Part shown: one piece after another, positions 1 through 6,904 of the stretch
Layout: each line of letters starts with the position of its first letter
How positions within the stretch are numbered: position 1 is the stretch's first letter
Assembly (NCBI RefSeq): GCF_000009705.1
Contig: NC_003272.1
Location: 2,100,001-2,132,000 of the forward strand
Length of the DNA stretch: 32,000 nt
Direction: 5' to 3'
Source: Nostoc sp. PCC 7120 = FACHB-418
GTDB taxonomy: Bacteria; Cyanobacteriota; Cyanobacteriia; Cyanobacteriales; Nostocaceae
The notes under the pieces: generated by a model
Told to the model about the DNA's origin: nothing
Databases searched by the model: none
The model's input: the letters and a program-made list of their open reading frames with translations, nothing else
Translations under genes and position numbers: made by a program

Positions 1-584
1 TGTTGCCAACTTTCTCGCTCTTCTAGTCGTTCCGCCCAGGCTAGCAGACGGGGGTAATCATCTAAAGAGAACCCAAAAAGGGGGAGAGAAGGAATCAACG
101 TACCTGCAACCACTTCTGCCAGTGTGAAATCTTTGCCTGCAAAGTAAATCTGTTCACCTAAAAGAGTTTCATAAAACTGTAAAATTTTCGCTACTGCCTC
201 TTGAGCCGATACGAGTTTTTTGGCATCGGTATCTAATTCTACTAATGGCCGAGTCAAGATGACTGTAGCAGGCTGAAGCTCGCTGATTGTGATCATTTCT
301 ACCATACGAACTGTAGCGATCGCTCCAGGCTCACTAGGAATCAACGAGGGAGTAGGATATTTTGTCTCTAGATAATCCAAAATTGCCAAAGATTCTATCA
401 CCCGTAAGCCATTATCCACTATCACAGGTACGCGCTGGAGGGGATTAATTGCCGTGAATTCCTCTTGAAACTGATCACCATTGAGATTCAACAACAATGG
501 TTCAAAAGGGATTTGTTTTTCTAGTAAGGCTACCCAAACTCGACGAGCATTAACAGAGATGGGATTGTAGTAAAACTTCAGCAT
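1..584 (-). CDS. Glutathione S-transferase family protein (partial; C-terminus runs off the window edge)
   Basis: Manual minus-strand translation from the ATG at 582-584 gives MLKFYYNPISVNARRVWVALLEKQIPFEPLLLNLNGDQFQEEFTAINPLQRVPVIVDNGLRVIESLAILDYLETKYP... and stays open to position 1. It shows the classic GST N-domain pattern (VPV-IVDNG, ESLAILDYL). It is absent from the supplied ORF track, presumably because it is edge-truncated. Confidence 0.75.
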   Translation of the reverse strand, partial: MLKFYYNPISVNARRVWVALLEKQIPFEPLLLNLNGDQFQEEFTAINPLQRVPVIVDNGLRVIESLAILDYLETKYPTPSLIPSEPGAIATVRMVEMITISELQPATVILTRPLVELDTDAKKLVSAQEAVAKILQFYETLLGEQIYFAGKDFTLAEVVAGTLIPSLPLFGFSLDDYPRLLAWAERLEERESWQ

Positions 585-791
585 CACAACCCTAAGTTAT
601 AAACTACGCTCAGGGATTATATCCTTTCGTTAAGTGATTGTACAAAATACTGAAAAATCTAGCACAATAAAATTACAAGTTTTCCCTAAAATTCTTATTG
701 CCCAAAACTTAATAGATTTTCTTTGGTGTGGTGTGGTTCGTGTTGATTCACAACTAGACTTACTTACCCGCAAACATTGAGAGGTGTCCTT

Positions 792-1340
792 ATGGATGCT
801 AATAAACTTCTAGATCTATATAACGCAGGAGAACGAAAATTTCACAGAGCAAATCTGCATCAAGCTAACCTTTATGCTTTTGATTTGAGGGGGGCAAATT
901 TTGCCGAAGCTGATTTAAGTGGAGCAAACCTTAGTCAAGCTAATTTGAGCGGATGTAATCTCAGTCGTGCTAATTTAACTGATGCAGACTTGAGTGGAGC
1001 TAACTTGAGTGGAGCTAACTTGAGTGAAGTCAACTTCATCGGTGCAGACTTAATTAGCACCAATTTAAAACAAAGCAATCTCAGTCGAGCAGATTTACGG
1101 GGTGCCAATTTAATTTTGGCAAACTTATTCAGTGCTAACCTGAGCGAAGCGGAAATGAGCGGTGCTGATTTAAGTGGCGCTAATCTCAAACAAGCAAACT
1201 TAATTGGTAGCAACGTCATGGAAGCAGAATTGAGAGGGGCAAATTTCTCTGGGGCTGTAATTACAGAGCAAGAAATCACTGGTAGAGTTTTGCGCTTAGG
1301 TCTCTCTCACAGATGGATAACTTGGGCTGGTTGTCATTGA
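792..1340 (+). CDS. Pentapeptide repeat protein
   Basis: Almost the whole ORF is A(D/N)LSGANL-type pentapeptide repeats. I prefer the ATG at 792 over the track's TTG at 777, because GAGAGG lies 7-13 nt upstream of 792. Confidence 0.85.
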   Translation: MDANKLLDLYNAGERKFHRANLHQANLYAFDLRGANFAEADLSGANLSQANLSGCNLSRANLTDADLSGANLSGANLSEVNFIGADLISTNLKQSNLSRADLRGANLILANLFSANLSEAEMSGADLSGANLKQANLIGSNVMEAELRGANFSGAVITEQEITGRVLRLGLSHRWITWAGCH

Positions 1341-1356
1341 CTCAGACAAAATACAC

Positions 1357-1418
1357 TAGGGTAACCAGAGTATCTGTTACCCTAATAAATCTGGGGCAGT
1401 CGTTGAAAAACTGCCTCC
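1357..1418. terminator. Two hairpins between convergent genes
   Basis: TAGGGTAAC(1357-1365)/GTTACCCTA(1376-1384), and GGCAGT(1395-1400)/ACTGCC(1410-1415) followed by a T-rich tract. They lie between the stop of the + strand pentapeptide gene and the stop of the - strand gene at 1451. Confidence 0.4.
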
Positions 1419-1450
1419 TGTATTTTCATAGCTAGCTTGCTTGTACAATT

Positions 1451-1801
1451 TTAGTAAACCAAAGGAGTTGCACCGCGCATCTGACGGAAAGAGTTGATGC
1501 AAGCAGGACAGTCGCAACCAAACAAGGTAATTGCTATATCGCTTTCTGCATCGTTGAACTCCAACATAGGAGCATCTTCTTGGGAAAATTCTATTTCCGG
1601 CTCATAGTTAGGCACTTGGGCTAAAACAGAAGCCCTAGCACAGACCAAACCAACCTTATGTTTATTTCTGATACAAGATAACTTATCTGTGTTTTTGACT
1701 TCTGGCTCAATTGCTTGTGCATGATTGACCATAACTGTCATAGACAGAATAGATGCTATCAAAACGGGGCTAGAAATTAGAGTTAGGATAAATTTGTTCA
1801 T
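1451..1801 (-). CDS. Small secreted Cys-motif protein (Sec signal peptide, C-terminal GCDCPAC)
   Basis: N-terminal hydrophobic signal with an AQA|I cleavage-like site, and AAGGAA 8 nt upstream of the ATG. It is a paralog of 3488..3760, sharing PVLIAS(I/M)L in the signal and GC(D/N)Cx(A/N)C near the C-terminus. Confidence 0.7.
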   Translation of the reverse strand: MNKFILTLISSPVLIASILSMTVMVNHAQAIEPEVKNTDKLSCIRNKHKVGLVCARASVLAQVPNYEPEIEFSQEDAPMLEFNDAESDIAITLFGCDCPACINSFRQMRGATPLVY

Positions 1802-1819
1802 GGGTTTCCTTGGAAATTA

Positions 1820-1837
1820 ATTCTGACAATTCAGAAT
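1820..1837 (-). promoter_or_regulatory. 7-4-7 perfect inverted repeat ATTCTGA-CAAT-TCAGAAT in the leader of the 1451..1801 gene
   Basis: Read directly from the sequence. It lies 19-36 nt upstream of the start codon at 1801. Function unknown (operator or 5'-UTR hairpin). Confidence 0.25.
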
Positions 1838-1966
1838 ACTCCGATTAAATCTTACAGTGATACTGATTGTCCATCAGGAGATTATGTTGCCTAGTCAGGA
1901 TTTTTGTCTAGGATAGGGCAAGCAAAAGTGACAATAGTGTTGTTACTTATTTATTGCGCTGCGCGT

Positions 1967-2115
1967 GTCAGTTGTCAGTTGTTGAAAGGATCTGGTCTGG
2001 TTTAATGCCTCATCCCCTCATGGGTGGTTTTTAGGTGTCTTCTTGAAAAGTTGCTCCTCTTGGGTAGAAACCAAGACCGCACTTTTCGCTTTGCCACTGA
2101 CCACTGACTACTGAC
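1967..2115. repeat. STRR-like heptamer arrays in inverted orientation
   Basis: GTCAGTT GTCAGTT GTTG at 1967-1984, and CCACTGA CCACTGA CTACTGA at 2094-2115 (reverse-complement sense). A degenerate copy of the downstream hairpin (catcccctcatgggtggttttt) lies at about 2010-2032. Confidence 0.6.
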
Positions 2116-2147
2116 AAAAACTCCATCCCCTGGTGGGTGGAGTTTTT
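2116..2147. terminator. Bidirectional intrinsic terminator downstream of the binding-protein gene
   Basis: AAAAA-CTCCAtCCC-ctggt-GGGTGGAG-TTTTT. The GC-rich stem is flanked by an A-run and a T-run, so it reads as hairpin plus U-tract on both strands. It lies 86 nt past the stop at 2233. Confidence 0.55.
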
Positions 2148-2232
2148 ATCATTTACATCAATAAATTTATTTACTGATTGAACCAAGCTATAGCAATATT
2201 AGCAATGATGGGACAAGAAGAATAATTAGATA

Positions 2233-3213
2233 CTACTTTGGGGTTTTGGGTTGAAATATCAAGTATGTACCTCCCAAACCTTCCACAATTGTGCGTGTGT
2301 TAGCGATCATCATATTTTGATAAGTGTCACCATCGCTTGTTGGTTCTCCCAATCCTTGAGTGTATAGTTGCCGTTCTGACAATTTTACTTCCGCCTCAGT
2401 AGCAATAGATTCCATCACTTTTAATGTATCTGTCATATCTGCAAAGATTGTCGGTACATTAGATTTTTGGATATACTGAGTCAGATTTTTGATTCTCTGA
2501 TCTGTTACTTGTTCTTCAATGCCAATAGTAGTGGAGGGAATGCCATAGGCATTTGTGTAATAATTTATTGCATTATAAGTTGTTACTAATTTGCGCTTTT
2601 CTTTGGGAATAGTGGCAATTTTTAATTTAATCCAATTATCTAGTTGAGTTAATTCGGTTTTAATTTTTTTTGTATTATCACCATAAATGGAGGCATTACT
2701 GGGTTCCAACTTTCTCAGGTTGCTATTAATAACTTCCAACATCTTTATAGCATTTTTAGGATTATGCCAAACATAAGGGTTATTTACTCTACGAGAATTT
2801 ACAGGGATTTGCTGTGGCACAGGAACTGCAATTTGACTCACAGCAATTTTAGGTGCAGAGTTTTTGGTGGTATTTATTAGCTTGATTAATTCTGACTCAA
2901 GATTATAACCGTTATAGAGAATTAGATTAGCCTGCTCAAGAGCATTTTTATCTTCTGCTGTTGCTTGATAAAGCTGAGGTGCTTTGTTAGGGGGAATTAA
3001 GCAGATGAGATTAATCGTATTTTCAGCAATCTGTCTAGTTAAATCACACAGTACACTTGTGGTTGCTACAACTTTCGGGAGATTTTCATCAACCACATTG
3101 GCAGTCTGGGTAAAAGATATACTTGTAGTTTGATTTCTACATCCAACAAATGTAGTGGTGAAAATAGTTAAAATTACTCGTAACAAATTGTTGGCTAATA
3201 CTTTTTTTGGCAT
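2233..3213 (-). CDS. PsaA/MntC/ZnuA-family (TroA-fold, cluster A-I) substrate-binding lipoprotein with non-canonical ligand positions
   Basis: Lipobox-like FVGC (Cys25). Long collinear similarity, from memory, to S. pneumoniae PsaA: KVVATTSVLCDLTRQIA, ANLILYNGYNLE, KLVTTYNAINYYTNAYGIPS, GDTYQNMMIANTRTIVEGL. No adjacent permease or ATPase genes. Confidence 0.8.
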   Translation of the reverse strand: MPKKVLANNLLRVILTIFTTTFVGCRNQTTSISFTQTANVVDENLPKVVATTSVLCDLTRQIAENTINLICLIPPNKAPQLYQATAEDKNALEQANLILYNGYNLESELIKLINTTKNSAPKIAVSQIAVPVPQQIPVNSRRVNNPYVWHNPKNAIKMLEVINSNLRKLEPSNASIYGDNTKKIKTELTQLDNWIKLKIATIPKEKRKLVTTYNAINYYTNAYGIPSTTIGIEEQVTDQRIKNLTQYIQKSNVPTIFADMTDTLKVMESIATEAEVKLSERQLYTQGLGEPTSDGDTYQNMMIANTRTIVEGLGGTYLIFQPKTPK

Positions 3214-3443
3214 TATTTACTGTTGTTGACTGGATAAAAATAATAGATATTTGTTAATCAAATTATACTAATTTTTAGTTGGCTGGAAGATCAAATGATT
3301 CCCTATTAGCTATTACCTATAGGGCTACCATTTGATTCTTATATTACAGTCGGCTTGTGGTGGGCAATGCCTACTCTAGTAGTATTTAGATTATGCAATA
3401 GTCAAATCAGATTTTTGTAGGAGTCAATTGAATATAAGAATAA

Positions 3444-3464
3444 AGGCACAGCAATGCTGTGCCT
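3444..3464 (-). terminator. Intrinsic terminator after the 3488..3760 gene
   Basis: Perfect 9-bp stem AGGCACAGC-aat-GCTGTGCCT. On the minus strand it is followed by TTATTCTTATATT, 24 nt past the stop codon. Confidence 0.55.
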
Positions 3465-3487
3465 CCAAAAATTTATGCTTTTTCACT

Positions 3488-3760
3488 TCAAAAATTACCA
3501 GTGGGTAACTTCCCTTGTAATAACTGAAGCTTAGTTTGGACGCAGTTGGCGCAGTTACAACCCAATTGATCGATGATGGGATTAGATGAGCGAGTTAAGT
3601 GTAGAGTGGTCGATTGGGAAATGGGCTGTGTGGACACTGCTGTAATGGCTTGTGTATCAAGTACAGAGTTGATACTAACTGCCTTTGCTGGGTTAGCTAC
3701 CAGCAACATAGATGCGATCAGTACAGGACAGGCCAGTAAAACTAGTTTGACTAAGTACAT
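3488..3760 (-). CDS. Small secreted Cys-motif protein (Sec signal peptide, C-terminal GCNCANC)
   Basis: Signal peptide MYLVKLVLLACPVLIASMLLVANPAKA|V. Paralog of 1451..1801, with DNA-level similarity in the signal-peptide region. Confidence 0.65.
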   Translation of the reverse strand: MYLVKLVLLACPVLIASMLLVANPAKAVSINSVLDTQAITAVSTQPISQSTTLHLTRSSNPIIDQLGCNCANCVQTKLQLLQGKLPTGNF

Positions 3761-3838
3761 AATTCACAAATAATTACTATTTCTGATACAGCATAGCCAA
3801 TTTATTAACTATCTTCAACTTTAGTGAATAAATACTAA

Positions 3839-4900
3839 TTAATTACGTCCAAATCCTTGACCCCGTAAAATCTTTGACCAAATGAGTAATTCTCCTTTTT
3901 CACCACCTGCGGCAATTAGCTTACCTTGGGGATGCCATGCTAGGGCGGAAAATCCATCGGCTACACCCGTAAGAATTTGGGATACTTCCTTGGCTTTGTT
4001 CCACAAACAAAGCCAGCCATCAGTTGCAGCCGAGGCTAGTAAGAAGCTTTTAGGTGCAAAGGCGATCGCATTAATCACACCTACATGATTAGTTAACACT
4101 CGCGCTTCCCATCCCAAGTTCTCATCTTCTAGCTTTTCCCACGCCACAATACCTTCCACACTGGCAGAGGCTAGTATTGGTGCGCCTAGTTTGGTGGTTG
4201 CTTCTGACCATGCTAGTTGGCGAATCTTACCGGGAAAGCCACGCATGACCCAAGGGTCGGGATTATTCCATTCCAACACGGTGACGCTACGATCCATGTT
4301 GCCTGAAGCCAGGAATTTACCATCAGGCGACCAAGCCATAGTCACACTCACAGTAGGCATATTGAGAATATATGGTTCTTCATCCCAGTCTTGGGCGTGC
4401 CAAATTTTGATGCCTTTGTTACCACCAATTGCTAGGTATTGACCATCAATCCGCCAATCAATACTCAATGCGGATGAGTCGGCAAAATTCAGGGTAGTGA
4501 CAACCTCACGAGTATCAGCGTCCCAAATTTGTACATAACGCCCCAAACTAAAAGCCAACTGGTTGCTAGCGTGACTCCAAGCTAACTTGTCTACCCATGC
4601 AGGTGCATTTTCTAAGGTGGCGATTAATTCCTGTCCTTGCCAGATTTTCACCCGTCCATCTTGTCCACCAACGGCGAGAAATTTGCCATCAGGGGAGAAA
4701 GCGAGACAATCGACAGACTGGCCATTACCAGCTTGCAGCGTTGTTAACTCACCATCCTGCCACAGTACTACTTCCCCAGCCGCCGAAGTTGCGGCTAGAG
4801 TATTCCCTTGTGGAGACCAGGCGATCGCTGTTACGTATTCTGCCAGCATCCCTGAATAGTGTTCTTCAAATTCCTTATTTTTGCTGCTTGTTAGGTTCAT
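3839..4900 (-). CDS. WD40 repeat (beta-propeller) protein, cytoplasmic
   Basis: About seven repeats of the SPDG(K/Q)(F/Y)LA..G.DG.(V/I)K(I/L)W type, e.g. LAFSPDGKFLAVGGQDGRVKIW and MAWSPDGKFLASGNMDRSVTVL. No signal peptide. Confidence 0.85.
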   Translation of the reverse strand: MNLTSSKNKEFEEHYSGMLAEYVTAIAWSPQGNTLAATSAAGEVVLWQDGELTTLQAGNGQSVDCLAFSPDGKFLAVGGQDGRVKIWQGQELIATLENAPAWVDKLAWSHASNQLAFSLGRYVQIWDADTREVVTTLNFADSSALSIDWRIDGQYLAIGGNKGIKIWHAQDWDEEPYILNMPTVSVTMAWSPDGKFLASGNMDRSVTVLEWNNPDPWVMRGFPGKIRQLAWSEATTKLGAPILASASVEGIVAWEKLEDENLGWEARVLTNHVGVINAIAFAPKSFLLASAATDGWLCLWNKAKEVSQILTGVADGFSALAWHPQGKLIAAGGEKGELLIWSKILRGQGFGRN

Positions 4901-4930
4901 ACGTTGTTTAGAGAAGTGAGAGGTGAGAGA

Positions 4931-5004
4931 TTAGAGGTTGGAGGTTAGGGGTTAGTAAATATCTTTTTAACTAGTCCTTCGCCTCTAGCCCCCTAGCCCT
5001 CTAG
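4931..5004. repeat. GC-rich imperfect long hairpin repeat (TTAGAGGTTGGAGGTTAGGGGTTAG ... CTAGCCCCCTAGCCCTCTAG)
   Basis: Complementary TAGG/CTAG-rich arms read directly. It fills the gap between the COG0523 stop (5011) and the WD40 start (4900). It may act as a terminator or processing site. Confidence 0.45.
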
Positions 5005-5010
5005 TGTCTT

Positions 5011-5982
5011 TTAAGCAAAACAAGCGAGAAAATCTTGCTTGAGTTGGGCTTCATCTAAATTGCGACCGATGAATACTAGTTCGTTTTTGCGTTTTTCGTT
5101 GGGTTTCCAGAGGCGATCGGGTCTACCATCGAATATCATATGCACCCCTTGGAAGACAAATCTATTATCTTCCCCAGCAATATTTAATATGCCCTTCATA
5201 CGGAAGATATCAGTCCCTTGGGTACGCAACAATTCGGAAATCCAAGCGTTTAATTTTTCCCCGTCGAGTTCACCCTCTTGTACTAAAGCCACAGAAAAAA
5301 CAGTATCATCATGTTCGTGGGCATCTTCACCTAAAAAATTGGGATCTATCTCTAAAGCACGATCTAAATCAAAGGCTTTCACACCCAACAAAGCGTCCAT
5401 TGCTAACTCAGAATTACGAGTACGGTAGATTTTGGCGATCGCATTCATCGACCTAATCCGCTTTTCCAATTCATCTAATTCTGATGGGGTAACTAAATCC
5501 GTTTTATTAAGTAAAATCACATCAGCAAAGGCAATCTGTTCTTGGGCTTCGTCTGCATCCCAATGTTGCCAAATATGCTTGGCATCTACCAGCGTTACAA
5601 CTGCATCTAAAGACAGTTGACTTTGCATATCCTCATCTACAAAGAATGTCTGAATCACTGGTGCAGGGTCAGCTAATCCAGTAGTTTCAATTACTAGATG
5701 GTCAAACTTATCACGGCGCTTCATCAAATTGCTAATGATCCGGATTAAGTCCCCACGAACGGTACAACAGATGCAGCCGTTGTTCATCTCAAAAATTTCT
5801 TCATCTGCATCAATAACTAATTGGTTATCAATGCCTACTTCCCCAAATTCATTAACGATGACAGCAACTTTTTTGCCATGCTCGTAGGTGAGGATATGGT
5901 TGAGTAGGGTTGTTTTACCTGCGCCTAAATAGCCAGTCAGAACAGTAACGGGAACTGAATCTGTAATTACGTCGGCCATCAT
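5011..5982 (-). CDS. COG0523-family G3E GTPase (CobW/YjiA/ZigA-like putative zinc metallochaperone)
   Basis: Walker A GYLGAGKTTLLN, the CxCC metal motif GCICCT, ETTGLADP, NKTDL, and a CobW-C-like C-terminal domain. Confidence 0.9.
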   Translation of the reverse strand: MMADVITDSVPVTVLTGYLGAGKTTLLNHILTYEHGKKVAVIVNEFGEVGIDNQLVIDADEEIFEMNNGCICCTVRGDLIRIISNLMKRRDKFDHLVIETTGLADPAPVIQTFFVDEDMQSQLSLDAVVTLVDAKHIWQHWDADEAQEQIAFADVILLNKTDLVTPSELDELEKRIRSMNAIAKIYRTRNSELAMDALLGVKAFDLDRALEIDPNFLGEDAHEHDDTVFSVALVQEGELDGEKLNAWISELLRTQGTDIFRMKGILNIAGEDNRFVFQGVHMIFDGRPDRLWKPNEKRKNELVFIGRNLDEAQLKQDFLACFA

Positions 5983-6010
5983 ATTATAAAAGCCTCAAAT
6001 CTTACCATAC

Positions 6011-6026
6011 GGATAATCATTATCAC
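6011..6026. promoter_or_regulatory. Fur-family (Zur-type) operator candidate
   Basis: GGATAATCATTATCAC. The core GATAAT-C-ATTATC (6012-6024) is a perfect 6-1-6 palindrome and matches 14 of 15 positions of the classic TGATAATNATTATCA box. It lies 30-42 nt upstream of the COG0523 start codon and overlaps a plausible -10 (GATAAT). Confidence 0.55.
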
Positions 6027-6168
6027 CTATGATAAGTCTTTTTATATTTTTGTGCGAATCTTATTCACATAAGACGCTTAAAAAGTCTTCTCAGGTAGCT
6101 CAGGTGCATCTTTAAAAATTGTTTAGGTTCACTAAACTATATTAGGTATCTTTTCTATCATTTATATG

Positions 6169-6210
6169 AAAACAAATGTAATTAAAGTCACATTTGTTTT
6201 ATTTTACTTC
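6169..6210 (+). terminator. AT-rich 11-bp perfect hairpin plus T-tract (terminator-like or regulatory)
   Basis: AAAACAAATGT(6169-6179)-10 nt loop-ACATTTGTTTT(6190-6200), followed by ATTTTACTT. It lies in the divergent intergenic region with no + strand ORF upstream of it. Confidence 0.3.
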
Positions 6211-6312
6211 ATCAGTGTTATCGGTTTGGCAAACTGTCAAAAATTTTATAAAAGTTATTTTTTATATTGCTTATTATTAAGTTAGATAATTTATGGTCTT
6301 ACCAGAGAATTT

Positions 6313-6804
6313 ATGCCTAAAAGAATAATTACAAAATTAAATAGTTGGTTCCATAGAGATAGAATTGTCAGTAATCTTGAATTTTTTCAAGATATTATCG
6401 TAATTTCCCTGTGCATGGGCTTATTTTGTGTCATGCTCATTCGTCTATGTGATATGTTTTTATCTTTTTTACGACCATTAGATTTGAGGGAAGTCACATC
6501 AGATATCTTGTTTATTTTGATTTTGGTAGAATTATTTCGTTTGTTAATAGACTACTTACAATCACAGAAAATATCAGTAGGAGCAGCCGCAGAAATTACG
6601 ATAGTTTCTGCATTACGGGAGGTAATTCTACGTGGAGTGTTAGAAATTAATCGTGATCAAATTATAGGCATTTCTGTATTTTTGTTAGTGTTAACAGGAA
6701 TTTTAATGGCTCTACCTTGGATCTCCCAGTTTTTTGAACACGTTAGACTTACTGACTATGAAAGTACAGAAGAAAGTACAGAATTTTTATCTGATAAATC
6801 TTGA
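6313..6804 (+). CDS. Small polytopic membrane protein, PsiE-like (phosphate-starvation-inducible E family)
   Basis: Four hydrophobic helices. ILFILILVELFRLLIDYLQSQ....AAEITIVSALREVIL resembles the PsiE core pattern as I recall it. The family name is tentative. Confidence 0.5.
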   Translation: MPKRIITKLNSWFHRDRIVSNLEFFQDIIVISLCMGLFCVMLIRLCDMFLSFLRPLDLREVTSDILFILILVELFRLLIDYLQSQKISVGAAAEITIVSALREVILRGVLEINRDQIIGISVFLLVLTGILMALPWISQFFEHVRLTDYESTEESTEFLSDKS

Positions 6805-6810
6805 ACTACA

Positions 6811-6890
6811 GATTGACTGTTGACTGTTAACGGTCAACAGTTAACAGCCTTCACGATGGATTGTGTAACCTAAAAGCAGAGTAGCTTACG
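6811..6890. repeat. Dispersed repeat, copy A (STRR3-like ACTGTTG heptamers plus about 50-nt core)
   Basis: Its reverse complement matches 10669..10749 at 42 of 49 core positions (hand alignment), and both copies carry adjacent CAACAGT/GTTAAC-type heptamers. Confidence 0.7.
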
Positions 6891-6904
6891 CGATGTGCGA
6901 CTTA

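Noticed and set aside
725-745. tRNA-like GGTTCG segment (tggtgtggtgtggttcgtgttgattc), plus a general search for tRNA/rRNA in the spacers
   Set aside because: No flanking T-stem complementarity and no acceptor or anticodon arms. I found no convincing cloverleaf anywhere in the intergenic regions.
935-1279. 114-aa minus-strand ORF inside the pentapeptide-repeat gene
   Set aside because: It is the mirror image of the pentapeptide DNA repeats (KLAPLK-type periodicity) and is fully nested antisense to a clearly real gene. It is an artefact of repeat symmetry.
1967-2115. A possible CRISPR array, suggested by the tandem short repeats (also at 6811-6850, 10700-10749 and 13630-13655)
   Set aside because: The units are 7 nt with 2-4 copies and no spacers, and there are no cas genes. 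These are STRR-type heptamer repeats, not CRISPR.
3225-3275. Additional Fur/Zur boxes upstream of the SBP gene (AAATAATAGATATTT region) and upstream of the second CxCxxC gene (AAATAATTACTATTT, 3768-3782)
   Set aside because: Only about 8 of 14 and about 10 of 13 matches to the palindrome consensus, and poorly symmetric. In AT-rich spacers such matches are expected by chance.
3573-4911. Several + strand ORFs (3573..3773, 3882..4088, 4191..4442, 4587..4859, 4597..4911) antisense to the small secreted gene and the WD40 gene
   Set aside because: All are nested antisense to ORFs with strong family signatures. They have low-complexity S/P/A-rich translations, no start context and no recognisable motifs.
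5039-5620. + strand ORFs antisense to the COG0523 gene
   Set aside because: They are nested in a gene with unambiguous GTPase motifs, and their translations are S-rich with no domain features.
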